Positions 19,687 through 29,984 of a stretch of 64,000 nt of DNA are shown here, one piece after another (the first letter of the stretch is position 1; every line of letters begins with the position of its first letter). The DNA is from Borreliella garinii (GTDB lineage: Bacteria; Spirochaetota; Spirochaetia; JABEVK01), in the NCBI GenBank assembly GCA_020720765.1, contig DYOB01000003.1:3170-67169 (forward strand). Direction: 5' to 3'. The position numbers were made by a program, and so were the translations under genes. Under the pieces are notes generated by a model. It was given only the letters and a program-made list of their open reading frames with translations, did not search any database and was not told where the DNA came from.

Positions 19687-22600
19687 ACGTATGCCTCCCA
19701 AGGTCTCCAAACGAGTTGCGGGGGTAGATAATCCACTCTCCAGTCACCCGGGGATCGTTAGCGCCCGAATTTGGTCCAGAGACCAATGAGGTTCGGACAA
19801 AGGTCGCGTCTTTATAAAAATCAGCGCCGCCTTGTGCAGTACCACCACCTCCGAACTGGTCGATTTTAGTAACGCCCTTGTAAAGATAAATGATGTCGTT
19901 CCCGTTCATTTCAAAAAAATTGCTTGTGGAGGATGTCGCAGCACCCAGGACCGCTGGTTCGGCGCTGTTGTCGGCAATAGCAAAAACTTGTCCCGGTAGT
20001 AAATCCATTGTCGGCAAGGCGAGGGTTCGATCGGTGATGTTGTCCCAATTCTTGTCTATTTGGAGGCTATAACCTCCTAAAGCAATCGGTGCATTGGTGA
20101 AGTTGGCTACTTCTACGGCCTTATTATCGCCCGACCCTTCTACAATTTCAGAAATGAACAATTCTGTTGCCAAGACAGACGATGTCGTTACCGTACTGCG
20201 GTTAAATTTTAAAACCGGCCCAAAATCGTAAGGAGCTCCTTCCGGCACCAGATAAAAATCATAATTCCCGCCTGCTAGCAAATAGGGGGCGGAAAGGGTC
20301 AAATCTATGCCGGAGTAGTACACACCCCCGCCGCTAAGAAAACTACCACCGCTATTCCGACGTCCTTCGCGGATTTCATAGGCGCTGGGAGACTGGGTAC
20401 CGGCTGGAACTACCGCATAAAACAATCTCGCCGGGTTGGTCATTTTTACCGTAGCACTAATTCTAAAAACCTTACCCTGGACATTAGGAAAGGTTGGTTT
20501 AAAACTTGCTATTATACCCGTAATGGGAGTCTGGGAAAAATTGAACCGTGCAATCAACGGTTCGTGGTCGGTTGCAGCCTGGCCTGAGGCAAATTTGGTA
20601 ACGCTTTGAACAATGTCAAATTCCGGGTTAAATTTAAGCAACTCGGGTGTCACCAGGTAATTATCCAAAACCTGGGCGTTGCCGTTGTAAACATAGCTGA
20701 ACCGCCGGTTTTCGGGCAAGGTCCAAACCAGGTTCGTCATGCCCGCTTTTTCCACTTCTTTCAGCGGAGCGCTCCACTGAAAATCGTTAAAGTCTCCCAA
20801 AGCAATGATTTTCGCCTTCGGGTCTTTGTTCAGAAAATTCCGCACCCAATCCGCCACCAATTGCGCCTGGGGCATGCGCCGCTCTTCGGAATAAAGGATG
20901 GGCGGTTGGATATTTCCTTGCAGGGGTGCGTCGCCGCCTTTGGCGGTCCAGTGGTTCGCCAACACGATCACGCGCTGGCCCTGAAAAAGAAACTCCCCGG
21001 CAAGAGTGCGCCTGGTGCTGGACCAAATATCGTTTTCTCCGGGAGCGATCCTTCCTGGGCTGTGCGAAAGAACCCACTCGCCGTTTTGATACACCGGTTC
21101 TACCGGTCGGGACCTAACGACATCCTGGACAAAATTCGGATCGAGAACAGGGTCGGGCGCCCGGTCGACAAAACTGACACGCTTGGTGTTAAACATAAAG
21201 CCCACCCGGATATTCCCTCCAGGCTCGCCGCCTTCTGTATTGTAAATGGGGCTGATTTGCCGCCATTCATAATCGTACCTTTGCAAATCAGATGCGTAGA
21301 AGTCGATTGCAGCTTCCAACTCGTTGAGGGTGACATCGGCACTCACGGTTCCATCGTCCAAGTTTCCCGAACTGTCTTGAATTTCAACCAAGCCAATAAT
21401 GTCCGGGAACAATAAATTGTCACCGACAATTTTTGCTAACCCACTCATTTTTCCAGGGTCTCCATTGGGCGCTGCCACCGGTGCTAGATTTTCTACGTTA
21501 AAGCCCGCAACCGTTAAACCGCCGGTTGTTGGCGCAAGAGAACCCACTCTTGGAACAATTGTTTCTAAATAAGCCGGTAACGCTTGGGTCGGATATATTT
21601 TATATTGCCGGTAGCTATAATCCACAATACCGACAATATCCCCTTGAAATAAAGCACCACGCGGCAAAGCTTGGGCAAATCCCAGATTATTTCCAAAAAA
21701 AATGATTTCCGGGTTGTAGGTATCGGGTCTAAGAAGTACCCCGCCATCTTGGCTTCTATGCTTAATATGCCGGCCATGATCCACGACCACGCTTGTAGAG
21801 GCGAATTCGTCGGTGTGGCCAACGGTTAATGGTTTGTAAACTTGCACCCGCATGTGTTCCAAGCTTTCCATAAAATCGAGCATATCGCGTTCAGGAACAA
21901 GGATATCCTGCTCCGTGTCGGCCTGCATCGACTGGTTGGGCGGCATCCGTCCGGTAGGACCTATAAGGATGGGCGGAGGGAGTGTAAACGTTGTTCCAAG
22001 TCTCACGATGTTCGTTGCTGATACTGCCGCTTGGGTTCGTGTCATATTCTCTACGTAATCGCTTCCTGATGGGTAGTTCAGTTTGCTTTCCTCTATATAG
22101 ACCTTTTTAATAACGATAAAATCACCCGCAGCAAACAAAATACCAGTAACCGGCGAAGGGTCGTATTGTGTGGTATTGAGGTAAAAACCTTCGCTCGTAA
22201 TTTCGTCGTTGTCTGGCCACGGGTTTTGAATGTAAAGCTCCTGGACCGTTGGACTTGATGCTGAAGGATCTGCAATAAACTGCCTGCGGGCTGTTATGAT
22301 TCCGGGAATCCATTCCACCTCTTGCCCTTGGAACGGAGAGAAATGGGTTTTGCCCTGTATTTCATTGATGTAGGAAAAATCACCGGTAAAACCGGCATCC
22401 ACCGTATTATTAGCATATTGCCTGAAATTGAGATCGGCTATAACACCAGTTACGGTTCTTTTATTTTCACCCCAAACCGGAACATAAAAATAGCCATCCA
22501 CCTTGATTTCAAAGCGGTATTCCCCTGCTGCCATATTCGAAAAACTAAAAGCTCCGGCACCACCTGTTACGGCGGTCTGGTTGGTGGGTCCAAAAGCTCT

Positions 22601-22756
22601 TACCTGGACACCCGCCGCCGCGCCAGTAATGGTTCCGGAGACAGAAAAAGAACCGACAGGCGCATCTCCGCCCAAATCTGGCTGGTAAGGAGCCGAACAG
22701 GTGGCCAAAAGAAACAAAGAGAAAACCCCCGCGAATGTGTAAGCACGCTTTTGCAT
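19676..22756 (-). CDS. Lipoprotein extracellular nuclease (EEP) with C-terminal lamin-tail domain
   Basis: Lipobox LLATC; INEIQG/TSEGFY; FNVENL, DIIGLVEIQD, GDFND, TDHEP; LTD motif LFISEIVEGSGDNKAVEV. Confidence 0.88.
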   Translation of the reverse strand: MQKRAYTFAGVFSLFLLATCSAPYQPDLGGDAPVGSFSVSGTITGAAAGVQVRAFGPTNQTAVTGGAGAFSFSNMAAGEYRFEIKVDGYFYVPVWGENKRTVTGVIADLNFRQYANNTVDAGFTGDFSYINEIQGKTHFSPFQGQEVEWIPGIITARRQFIADPSASSPTVQELYIQNPWPDNDEITSEGFYLNTTQYDPSPVTGILFAAGDFIVIKKVYIEESKLNYPSGSDYVENMTRTQAAVSATNIVRLGTTFTLPPPILIGPTGRMPPNQSMQADTEQDILVPERDMLDFMESLEHMRVQVYKPLTVGHTDEFASTSVVVDHGRHIKHRSQDGGVLLRPDTYNPEIIFFGNNLGFAQALPRGALFQGDIVGIVDYSYRQYKIYPTQALPAYLETIVPRVGSLAPTTGGLTVAGFNVENLAPVAAPNGDPGKMSGLAKIVGDNLLFPDIIGLVEIQDSSGNLDDGTVSADVTLNELEAAIDFYASDLQRYDYEWRQISPIYNTEGGEPGGNIRVGFMFNTKRVSFVDRAPDPVLDPNFVQDVVRSRPVEPVYQNGEWVLSHSPGRIAPGENDIWSSTRRTLAGEFLFQGQRVIVLANHWTAKGGDAPLQGNIQPPILYSEERRMPQAQLVADWVRNFLNKDPKAKIIALGDFNDFQWSAPLKEVEKAGMTNLVWTLPENRRFSYVYNGNAQVLDNYLVTPELLKFNPEFDIVQSVTKFASGQAATDHEPLIARFNFSQTPITGIIASFKPTFPNVQGKVFRISATVKMTNPARLFYAVVPAGTQSPSAYEIREGRRNSGGSFLSGGGVYYSGIDLTLSAPYLLAGGNYDFYLVPEGAPYDFGPVLKFNRSTVTTSSVLATELFISEIVEGSGDNKAVEVANFTNAPIALGGYSLQIDKNWDNITDRTLALPTMDLLPGQVFAIADNSAEPAVLGAATSSTSNFFEMNGNDIIYLYKGVTKIDQFGGGGTAQGGADFYKDATFVRTSLVSGPNSGANDPRVTGEWIIYPRNSFGDLGRHTYDP

Positions 22757-22801
22757 TCTTTCATTGTTGCACTGCTTGGTTAGAGTTTGTTTAGGTTTGG
22801 G

Positions 22802-23512
22802 TTAAGTTTTCCATAAAACAGGATCTTTATCTAATTCTTCGAGAAACCATCGGGTAAATTCCTCTAATGGAGTGTTTATAAGTTTAGCTTTTTCCAAACG
22901 TGGTCCGATTCCCTCCCAATAGTCGAACGCCACCCTACGGCTCGAAATCCTTCCTTCAGCTTGGAAACGGAAAAAATAATTCCACCCATGCCAAAAGTCA
23001 GCGCGGCACCCGCTCCAGGTTCTGGCCTGGGGTGTTGTTGAAAAGCTCATCAAGCCCATTTCATGAAAATCCAGAAAGCGCCTGCCAAATTCCACATCGT
23101 ATTGGGAACCAAAAAAAATAAGTGCTTGATAAAGTCTTCCGTTACGGCTTTGAAGCGGAGTCGCCGAACGTACGTTAAAGTCATAAAGGGAAAACCGGTA
23201 GTATAAATCGAATGCAAAGTATAAATCGGCCCTTACCCCGAAGCCGCCAGGCCAACCAGCCTCTTTTAAAATAGAGGCGACCTCTTTTACCGGGTCTGGC
23301 TGTTTAACCTGGTCTCGTCGCTCAAGAGCTAGAATTACCGTCCTGTAGTCTTCTTGAACTTTGAGAAAAGCCTCGTTGGTCCCACCTTGGTCGGGGTGGG
23401 TTTCCAAACAAGCCTTCCGGTAGGCCCGGCTGAGGTCTTCCCAACTCTTCCTGCCGGCTAAAAGGAAAATTTCATCATATCTCTTGTTGCTTTCCACTTT
23501 ACCTGTTAGCAT
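22802..23512 (-). CDS. J-domain (DnaJ-like) protein
   Basis: LSRAYRKACLETHPDQGG..F with the HPD motif at the N-terminus; C-terminal region unrecognised. Confidence 0.8.
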   Translation of the reverse strand: MLTGKVESNKRYDEIFLLAGRKSWEDLSRAYRKACLETHPDQGGTNEAFLKVQEDYRTVILALERRDQVKQPDPVKEVASILKEAGWPGGFGVRADLYFAFDLYYRFSLYDFNVRSATPLQSRNGRLYQALIFFGSQYDVEFGRRFLDFHEMGLMSFSTTPQARTWSGCRADFWHGWNYFFRFQAEGRISSRRVAFDYWEGIGPRLEKAKLINTPLEEFTRWFLEELDKDPVLWKT

Positions 23513-23537
23513 AACCTATGTAATATGATTTGGCTAT

Positions 23538-25355
23538 TTATAGCCTTCTTACCGCTCCAACATCGGCGCTTTCCACATGGGCTGCATAAATCTGAAGAGC
23601 TAAAGAAATTTTTCTCTCTCTTTTTTTCGGTGTAAATGCGTCTTTTCCCCGCGCTTCTTCTTCCTTGCGCCTCATTAGGAGTTCCTCGTCGGATACTTGA
23701 AGCTGGATTTTGCGTTGAGGGATATCGATAACCAAACGGTCGCCGTCACGTGCGAGGGCAATGGCTCCTCCAGCGGCTGCTTCAGGGGATACGTGACCGA
23801 TGCTGAGTCCTGATGTGCCTCCGGAGAATCTCCCGTCTGTTAAAAGCGCACAGGCTTTTCCCAGTTTTTTTGCCTTTAAATAGCTTGTCGGGTAGAGCAT
23901 TTCCTGCATACCCGGACCGCCTTTGGGTCCCTCATAGCGGATTAAAACAATATCGCCTGCAGAAATTTTATCGTTAAGAATCGCATCCACCGAATCATCC
24001 TGGCTTTCGAAGACCCTAACGGTGCCTTCGAAATGAAAGAGTTCTGAATCCACACCCGCTGTTTTTATGATACAACCGCGTTCTGCGATATTTCCGAAAA
24101 GCACCCCCAAGCCGCCGTCCGGGTAGTACGCGTGCGGAACATTGCGGATACAGCCTTTTTCCCTATCCAGGTCGAACTCGGCCGTTCTCTTTTCCTGCGA
24201 TCCCGCAAGGATGGAAAAAACACCTCCAGGAAGCGCAGAGTAAAGCTTCTTTGCTTTTTCCGAACCCGATTCCAGGCTGTATTCTTGGATAGCCTCTGCC
24301 AGGGTTTTCCCGTCTGCACGGTTTACAGTACCGTCTAGAAGACCGGCGTTCATCAGCTGTTCAAGAATCCCAAGCACTCCGCCCGCCCGGTGGACATCCT
24401 CGATATGGTAATGCGAATTAGGGGCTACCTTACAGACACAGGGGACCTTACGGCTGATACGGTCGATGTCCTTCATTGTAAAGTCTACGCCCGCTTCCTG
24501 CGCGGTGGCTAAAATATGGAGTACCGTATTAGTACTTCCGCCCATAGCGACATCAAGGCTCATAGCGTTTTCAAAAGCGGCCTTGGTTGCGATGTTTCTC
24601 GGCAAAACTTTACTGTTCTCCTGGAAATAGTACTCTTCAGCCATTTCCACGATGCGTCTCGCCGCCTGATCCAGCAAATTCAAACGGTCTTGGTGGGTGG
24701 CGAGAATCGTACCATTCCCAGGGAGCGCCAACCCGAGGGCTTCATTGAGACAGTTCATGCTGTTTGCAGTGAACATCCCGGAGCAGGACCCGCAGGTGGG
24801 ACAAGCTGCTGCTTCAACCGCGTCAAGCTCGGCATCGCTCACGCCCTCATCTGCGCCCATAACCATGGCGTCGATCAGGTCGAGTTTTTTCCCATCAAGT
24901 TTGCCGGCTTCCATGGGACCGCCGCTGATAAAAATCGTGGGAATATTTAGCCTCATTGCAGCAAGAAGCATGCCCGGTGTAATTTTGTCGCAGTTAGAAA
25001 TGCAAAGAAGCGCGTCGGCGCGGTGCGCATTGACCATGTACTCCACAGAATCCGCTATCAGATCCCGGCTAGGCAAACTATAAAGCATACCATCGTGTCC
25101 CATGGCGATACCATCATCGACTGCTATGGTGTTAAACTCTGCAGCAAAACAGCCCATTGATTCGATGATTTTTTTTGCTCTTTGGCCAAACTCTTTTAAA
25201 TGGACGTGCCCGGGGACAAATTGGGTAAAACTATTCGCAATAGCAATAATCGGCTTGCTCATCTGTTCTTTTTTCATGCCGTTGGCACGCCAAAGAGCCC
25301 GGGCGCCCGCCATGGTGCGTCCCGTCAGACTGAGCGTGCTTCTCATTGTGTTCAT
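23538..25355 (-). CDS. ilvD: Dihydroxy-acid dehydratase
   Basis: [52 protein letters not shown]. Confidence 0.97.
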   Translation of the reverse strand: MNTMRSTLSLTGRTMAGARALWRANGMKKEQMSKPIIAIANSFTQFVPGHVHLKEFGQRAKKIIESMGCFAAEFNTIAVDDGIAMGHDGMLYSLPSRDLIADSVEYMVNAHRADALLCISNCDKITPGMLLAAMRLNIPTIFISGGPMEAGKLDGKKLDLIDAMVMGADEGVSDAELDAVEAAACPTCGSCSGMFTANSMNCLNEALGLALPGNGTILATHQDRLNLLDQAARRIVEMAEEYYFQENSKVLPRNIATKAAFENAMSLDVAMGGSTNTVLHILATAQEAGVDFTMKDIDRISRKVPCVCKVAPNSHYHIEDVHRAGGVLGILEQLMNAGLLDGTVNRADGKTLAEAIQEYSLESGSEKAKKLYSALPGGVFSILAGSQEKRTAEFDLDREKGCIRNVPHAYYPDGGLGVLFGNIAERGCIIKTAGVDSELFHFEGTVRVFESQDDSVDAILNDKISAGDIVLIRYEGPKGGPGMQEMLYPTSYLKAKKLGKACALLTDGRFSGGTSGLSIGHVSPEAAAGGAIALARDGDRLVIDIPQRKIQLQVSDEELLMRRKEEEARGKDAFTPKKRERKISLALQIYAAHVESADVGAVRRL

Positions 25356-26041
25356 CTGTTTTCTCCCTCACCGGTATAAAAGACCCGGATCTGTTTCATC
25401 AACCCTTCGCCTTCACTTTCCGTGTGGATACCCCCAAAATCACTCAAAGCCGTGTGGATCAATCTTCTTTCAAACGGATTCATGGGCTCAAGAAGCTGGC
25501 TCCTGCGGGTTTTTCTCACGATCTGGGCGGTTTTTAGCGCCATCCTTACGAGTGTATCTTCGCGACGGCTTCTATAGTTTTCACTATCTAGTACAATTTT
25601 TAAACTGTTTCCTTCTCCGATCTTCTTGCTGGCGAAAACATTGGCCAAAATTTGGAAGGCGTCGATATTTTTGCCCTTTTTTCCGATAAGAAGGTTCGTA
25701 TCATCGCTGTCAATGTTCAAAACTATTTTTCCAGGTTCGTGGCCTATCAAGCTTATTTGAGCTTCCAGTCCGGTATATTCCATCAAGGTGCATAAAAAAT
25801 CCATGACTTCTTTTTCGAGCTTGGGGTCCAGGCCGTATGGGTTACCATGAAATTCTTTTCTTTCCTCGTGCTCGGGTTCTTCATCGATCTGAATTCGAAT
25901 CTTCACAGGTCCTTTTCGGAAGAATCCCGTTCTTTCCTGCCCTATTATTTCAACGTCGAGTTCGTCTTTACTTAGTCCCAGTTCATCAATCGCTTTTTGG
26001 ATGGCCTCCTGTTCGGTGGCTCCTTCAAATTCGCGTATCAT
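25352..26041 (-). CDS. jag: Jag/EloR (KhpB) RNA-binding protein
   Basis: Jag_N, KH motif LIGKKGK, R3H motif ERRLIH; follows yidC. Confidence 0.93.
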   Translation of the reverse strand: MIREFEGATEQEAIQKAIDELGLSKDELDVEIIGQERTGFFRKGPVKIRIQIDEEPEHEERKEFHGNPYGLDPKLEKEVMDFLCTLMEYTGLEAQISLIGHEPGKIVLNIDSDDTNLLIGKKGKNIDAFQILANVFASKKIGEGNSLKIVLDSENYRSRREDTLVRMALKTAQIVRKTRRSQLLEPMNPFERRLIHTALSDFGGIHTESEGEGLMKQIRVFYTGEGENR

Positions 26042-26056
26042 AACTACCTCCTTGAC

Positions 26057-27745
26057 CTACTTGGCCGGTTTCTTTTTGAGATGCGTGTTGATGTAGTACT
26101 GCTGTACCGCGCTCAAAATATTTGTAACAGTCCAGTACAGAATTAATCCCGAGGGAAATTCATAGAGCCAGAAGAAAAAGAGAATCGGTAAACCGAGTGT
26201 GAAGATCTTTGCCTGAATCCCGCTCGTCGCCGGTGTGGGTGTAAATTTGGACATTAAAAGCTGAGAACCGAGCATAATAATGGGAAGGAGCCTGAAAGCG
26301 CTCCAGTTCAGAATGGGGAGACGGAACCCGTTGAAGGAAAACAGGGTATCGGGCAGAGAGAGGTCATTGATCCAACCAGGGATAAACATAGCTCCCCGTA
26401 ATTCAAAATGCGAACTTAAAAGCCCGTAGAAAGCGAAAAATAAAGGTAGTTGCAACAACATGGGCAAACAACCGCCCAAGGGGTTGATTTTCTCTTTTTG
26501 GTACAATAGAGCCATCGCCTCGTTGAGTTTTCCGGGGTCGTTTTTATATTTGGCCTGCAAATCCTTTATTTTCGGTTGAAGCGTTTGCATAGCAGCAGTG
26601 GATCTTTGTCCTGAAATTGTGAGCGGTGTCATTACGAGGCGTAAAAGAATGGTAAGAATGATAATTCCCACCCCGTAATTCGGTATCAACATGTAAAAAA
26701 GGTTTAATCCGGCTTTCATTATGTCTTCAAGCCACCCAAGAAACATATTTCTATCGATGATTCTATCTAAGTGAATCTGGTCGTAACGTCCGAGTTCTTT
26801 GTACTGTTTGGGTCCAAGATAAACTTTTATGACGCTTGAAGATGTCACCGTCACTGGTCGTCCCGATGTAAATATTATCTTTGAAACATTCTTTACCGTT
26901 TCGCTTTGTTTGTTTGACCAAGAAGTTTCAAGTCCGGGGGTATTGGGGATAGCAAGTAAGGCAAAATACTTCCCGGCTATACCAGCCCAAATTAACGGTT
27001 GGGTCCGCGATTTGAGTTCATTACTAAGGGTTATTTCTTCCATATTGTCGTTGGCAAACGACCAGTACTTACGAAACTCTTTCTGTCCGTCCAAAGTCAC
27101 GAATTTTGGCCCGAGCTGGGGTCCGATTTCTACACTCCAGCCCTTTTCATTTCCAGGCAGAACGGGAACGATATTGTTTTTTCCCTGTAAAAGAATTTCA
27201 AGTTGAACCATGTATTCATCCGGCAGAAGTGTAAAACGTTTGGTTAGTGTAAAAGGGTTTCCTGCAAGGTCTGTAAAATCACGGTAGAATTCGACGGTTT
27301 TCTCATCGGGCTGGCGTATTTCAAAAGTTGCACGGACTGCGGTAGCCTCCGGGCCTCCCCATGTCATCTCAAAAGATCCTGCTCCGCCGAAATCCCTATT
27401 GACCATCTCGAGTGGTGCCTCTCCGTCGCTATGACTTAATAGGGTGAAAGCTTCCATTAGGCCGTCTTTATTAGTAAAGGAGGCTTCTGCTTTTTCGTTT
27501 CGCAAGACAACGCTTCTAACACCGGGGTCTTCGCCGATGACACCCATAACGGTGCCAGCTAAAGGTTGGGCGGTAATAACAGCAGGATCTGTCTGACTTG
27601 GGGTTGTCGGGGTTTGCTGCAGTTCAGTTGTGGTTGTTGTTACCGTTTCCCTCGCCTTGGCAGGAAAAAGCACGCCGTTTAGTGTTGAAAACCCCAAAAC
27701 TACAGCAACAGAAAGAACGATAGCCAACAGTGTGCGTTTATCCAT
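26057..27745 (-). CDS. yidC: Membrane protein insertase YidC
   Basis: MDKRTLLA start, NYGVGII, NPLGGCLPMLLQLP, WINDLSLPD, GLILYW. Confidence 0.96.
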   Translation of the reverse strand: MDKRTLLAIVLSVAVVLGFSTLNGVLFPAKARETVTTTTTELQQTPTTPSQTDPAVITAQPLAGTVMGVIGEDPGVRSVVLRNEKAEASFTNKDGLMEAFTLLSHSDGEAPLEMVNRDFGGAGSFEMTWGGPEATAVRATFEIRQPDEKTVEFYRDFTDLAGNPFTLTKRFTLLPDEYMVQLEILLQGKNNIVPVLPGNEKGWSVEIGPQLGPKFVTLDGQKEFRKYWSFANDNMEEITLSNELKSRTQPLIWAGIAGKYFALLAIPNTPGLETSWSNKQSETVKNVSKIIFTSGRPVTVTSSSVIKVYLGPKQYKELGRYDQIHLDRIIDRNMFLGWLEDIMKAGLNLFYMLIPNYGVGIIILTILLRLVMTPLTISGQRSTAAMQTLQPKIKDLQAKYKNDPGKLNEAMALLYQKEKINPLGGCLPMLLQLPLFFAFYGLLSSHFELRGAMFIPGWINDLSLPDTLFSFNGFRLPILNWSAFRLLPIIMLGSQLLMSKFTPTPATSGIQAKIFTLGLPILFFFWLYEFPSGLILYWTVTNILSAVQQYYINTHLKKKPAK

Positions 27746-27747
27746 AA

Positions 27748-27963
27748 TTACTCCTTAGGTACCGGATCCCAACCCCCGGGGTGTCCGGGATGACAACGTA
27801 AAATTCTTTTAGCGGCTAAAAAACCGCCGTGGGCAGCTCCAAAACTTGAAATGGCATCCTGTGCATAAACGGAACAGGTCGGTCTGTACCGACAACTCGA
27901 AGGAAATGCAGGAGATATCCATTTTTTATAAAAGCGAATAACGCTTATAAGAATTCTTTTCAT
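27748..27963 (-). CDS. yidD: Membrane protein insertion efficiency factor
   Basis: [22 protein letters not shown]. Confidence 0.95.
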   Translation of the reverse strand: MKRILISVIRFYKKWISPAFPSSCRYRPTCSVYAQDAISSFGAAHGGFLAAKRILRCHPGHPGGWDPVPKE

Positions 27964-28302
27964 TTAACTATTAAAGACAGTAGCGCGTTGCACCAGATCT
28001 AAAACCTGATTTTTTCTCTGGTTAAAAGTAAAAACTCCCGGGTATACAAGAAATAAAAAGTCGCCGGTTTCCGTTGTCTCAGCTTTCCAGTTCCTAAAGA
28101 TCTCTTTCACCTGTCTTTTTACCTTGTTCCTCAAAACCGCTTTACCATATTTTCGGGCTAAAGTGATTCCTACTCGAATCACGTCATTTTTCAAAAAAAA
28201 GAGCTTCATCCCCTGCGTCTGTAAGCGCAGAGGTGAAGCAAATAGCCTTAAAAACTGCTCTTTTTTCCGAACTCGATCTTCCTTAGTAAGGTTTCTTCTC
28301 AT
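27964..28302 (-). CDS. rnpA: Ribonuclease P protein component
   Basis: [19 protein letters not shown] motif; lies between rpmH and yidD. Confidence 0.92.
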   Translation of the reverse strand: MRRNLTKEDRVRKKEQFLRLFASPLRLQTQGMKLFFLKNDVIRVGITLARKYGKAVLRNKVKRQVKEIFRNWKAETTETGDFLFLVYPGVFTFNQRKNQVLDLVQRATVFNS

Positions 28303-28438
28303 CGGATGCTGTCAATTTTTTTCGGCCTTTTTGTCGGCGTCGGGCCAAAACAAGCCTTCCGCCAACGGTTGCCATCCGGGCTCGAAATCCGAATTTTCGG
28401 TTTCGTTTTACTCGGCTTGGCTGGTAGGTTCTTTTCAC
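28283..28438 (-). CDS. rpmH: 50S ribosomal protein L34 (not in ORF track)
   Basis: GTG start with AGGAGG RBS; [51 protein letters not shown] (51 aa). Confidence 0.97.
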   Translation of the reverse strand: MKRTYQPSRVKRNRKFGFRARMATVGGRLVLARRRQKGRKKLTASDEKKPY

Positions 28439-28497
28439 GCCCCGCCTCCTTAGATTTTGCTACAGTAGCGGGATAGTACTTGTTTTCATGTCCAGTG

Positions 28498-28920
28498 TCA
28501 ATCCTGATTCAACAAACTTTTTAACTTGTCTAAACTCTCTTTGAGATCCTGTGAGGGTTTAAAACTAACGGCCTCTTTTTCGGCTTCAGGAAGCCTTGGT
28601 TCCTGCGGGGGTTTTTGCAAATCCGCGACAAGTCTCAACCTTATTCCCTTAATCTGTAGTTGGGGGGATTCCCTTTGTATCCTTTCCAAAATCCCGTCTT
28701 TTTGCATAAGAAATTGATTCATCCAAGCAGGATGATCGACGTCCACTAGGAGATTTCCACCCTGTATTTCCCTTGCCCGTGTATGATAACTTAAATTTTC
28801 TCCGACAAACTGGGGCCAGCCTTTGAGTAACGGCACCCAACCTTCAAATGCGGCTTTTTTTCCGGGAAACAGCTGATCTAAAAACGCCCCTAACCGTTTG
28901 GGTTCGTCCGTCTGTCCCAT
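28498..28920 (-). CDS. dciA: DciA (DUF721) helicase-loading protein
   Basis: W..FVG, LLVDVDHPAWMNQF; immediately downstream of recF. Confidence 0.85.
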   Translation of the reverse strand: MGQTDEPKRLGAFLDQLFPGKKAAFEGWVPLLKGWPQFVGENLSYHTRAREIQGGNLLVDVDHPAWMNQFLMQKDGILERIQRESPQLQIKGIRLRLVADLQKPPQEPRLPEAEKEAVSFKPSQDLKESLDKLKSLLNQD

Positions 28921-29984
28921 TTTCCCTCCTGGATATCGTAAATTGTATAATCTTCCCGCGTAAATTGATATTCGTTCTGCCCGGGCAAAAAAGTGTAAAA
29001 GGCCTGTTCATAGTCCGGCAGGGCATCAGAAAACCGTGTACGCTTCTCCGTATCCAATTCCAAAAGAACATCGTCCAGGAGAAAAATCGATCTTCTTTTT
29101 TTGGCTTGTATCACCATTTCAGCCTGTACGGCTTTTAGACAGAGCGACGCCAACCTAATTTGTCCTGTCGATGCTGTTTCTTGAAAGGAATCTTCTCCCC
29201 AATCCAGATACCACCTGTCACGGTGAGGACCGTTTCTTGTATAACCCAGGTCTCTGTCTCTTTCACGGTTTTGTCGGTAACCTGTTAAAATAGCCTCCAG
29301 TTCAAGACTTTTAAAATCCGAGTGATACCGTAAAGCCACGCGTTTTTCTATCTGACTGACATAAAAAAAAACTTCTTCAAAACGCGGAGAAAAAATTTTT
29401 TGTACATCGGCACGTACTTTACAAAGTATTAAAGCCTCTTGGGCTAATTGAAATTCATAGACTTCGAGGAGTGCGTTTGATACACCCTGCCTTAGTGAAA
29501 AGTTTCTGTCTCGTAAAATTTTTTGGTACCTTCGCCAGGATTCTAAATAGTCTTCGTTCATCATAATCAGCGTTTGATCGAAAAAGCGACGTCTTTCTTC
29601 CGCGGGTCCGCTTACCAGTAAAAAATCTTCGTGGCTGAAAATTACCACCGGCTGCAAGGCAAGAAGCTGCCTGCGTTCTTTTATGGGATTTTCATCGATA
29701 AAAAAGCTTTTGTTTCCTTCTTGAAACTGAGTTTTTACCTTTATCGTTTGTGATGGCTCTTTGACTATCCCTCTGACACCCCACTCGTTATTTCCACTTT
29801 TAGCTAAGAGTAAATCTTTTCGTACCCTGAAACTGCTACCTATCAATAAAACATAAAGGGCTTCCAAGAGGTTTGTTTTACCTTGTCCGTTTTTGCCAAT
29901 AAAAAAAACCTGGCGCGACGAGGTATTGATTTCCCCGTCGTCCAGGTTTCTAAAATGATAAAACCCAGCCCAACCAAGCGACAT
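28890..29984 (-). CDS. recF: DNA replication/repair protein RecF
   Basis: FRNL, GKNGQGKTNLLEA, ERRRFFD, GPHRD, STGQ, LLDDVLLELD. Confidence 0.95.
   Translation of the reverse strand: MSLGWAGFYHFRNLDDGEINTSSRQVFFIGKNGQGKTNLLEALYVLLIGSSFRVRKDLLLAKSGNNEWGVRGIVKEPSQTIKVKTQFQEGNKSFFIDENPIKERRQLLALQPVVIFSHEDFLLVSGPAEERRRFFDQTLIMMNEDYLESWRRYQKILRDRNFSLRQGVSNALLEVYEFQLAQEALILCKVRADVQKIFSPRFEEVFFYVSQIEKRVALRYHSDFKSLELEAILTGYRQNRERDRDLGYTRNGPHRDRWYLDWGEDSFQETASTGQIRLASLCLKAVQAEMVIQAKKRRSIFLLDDVLLELDTEKRTRFSDALPDYEQAFYTFLPGQNEYQFTREDYTIYDIQEGKWDRRTNPNG

Noticed and set aside
20606-21415. 269-aa ORF on the + strand antisense to the nuclease
   Set aside because: Shadow ORF in a GC-rich coding stretch with no motifs and no RBS.
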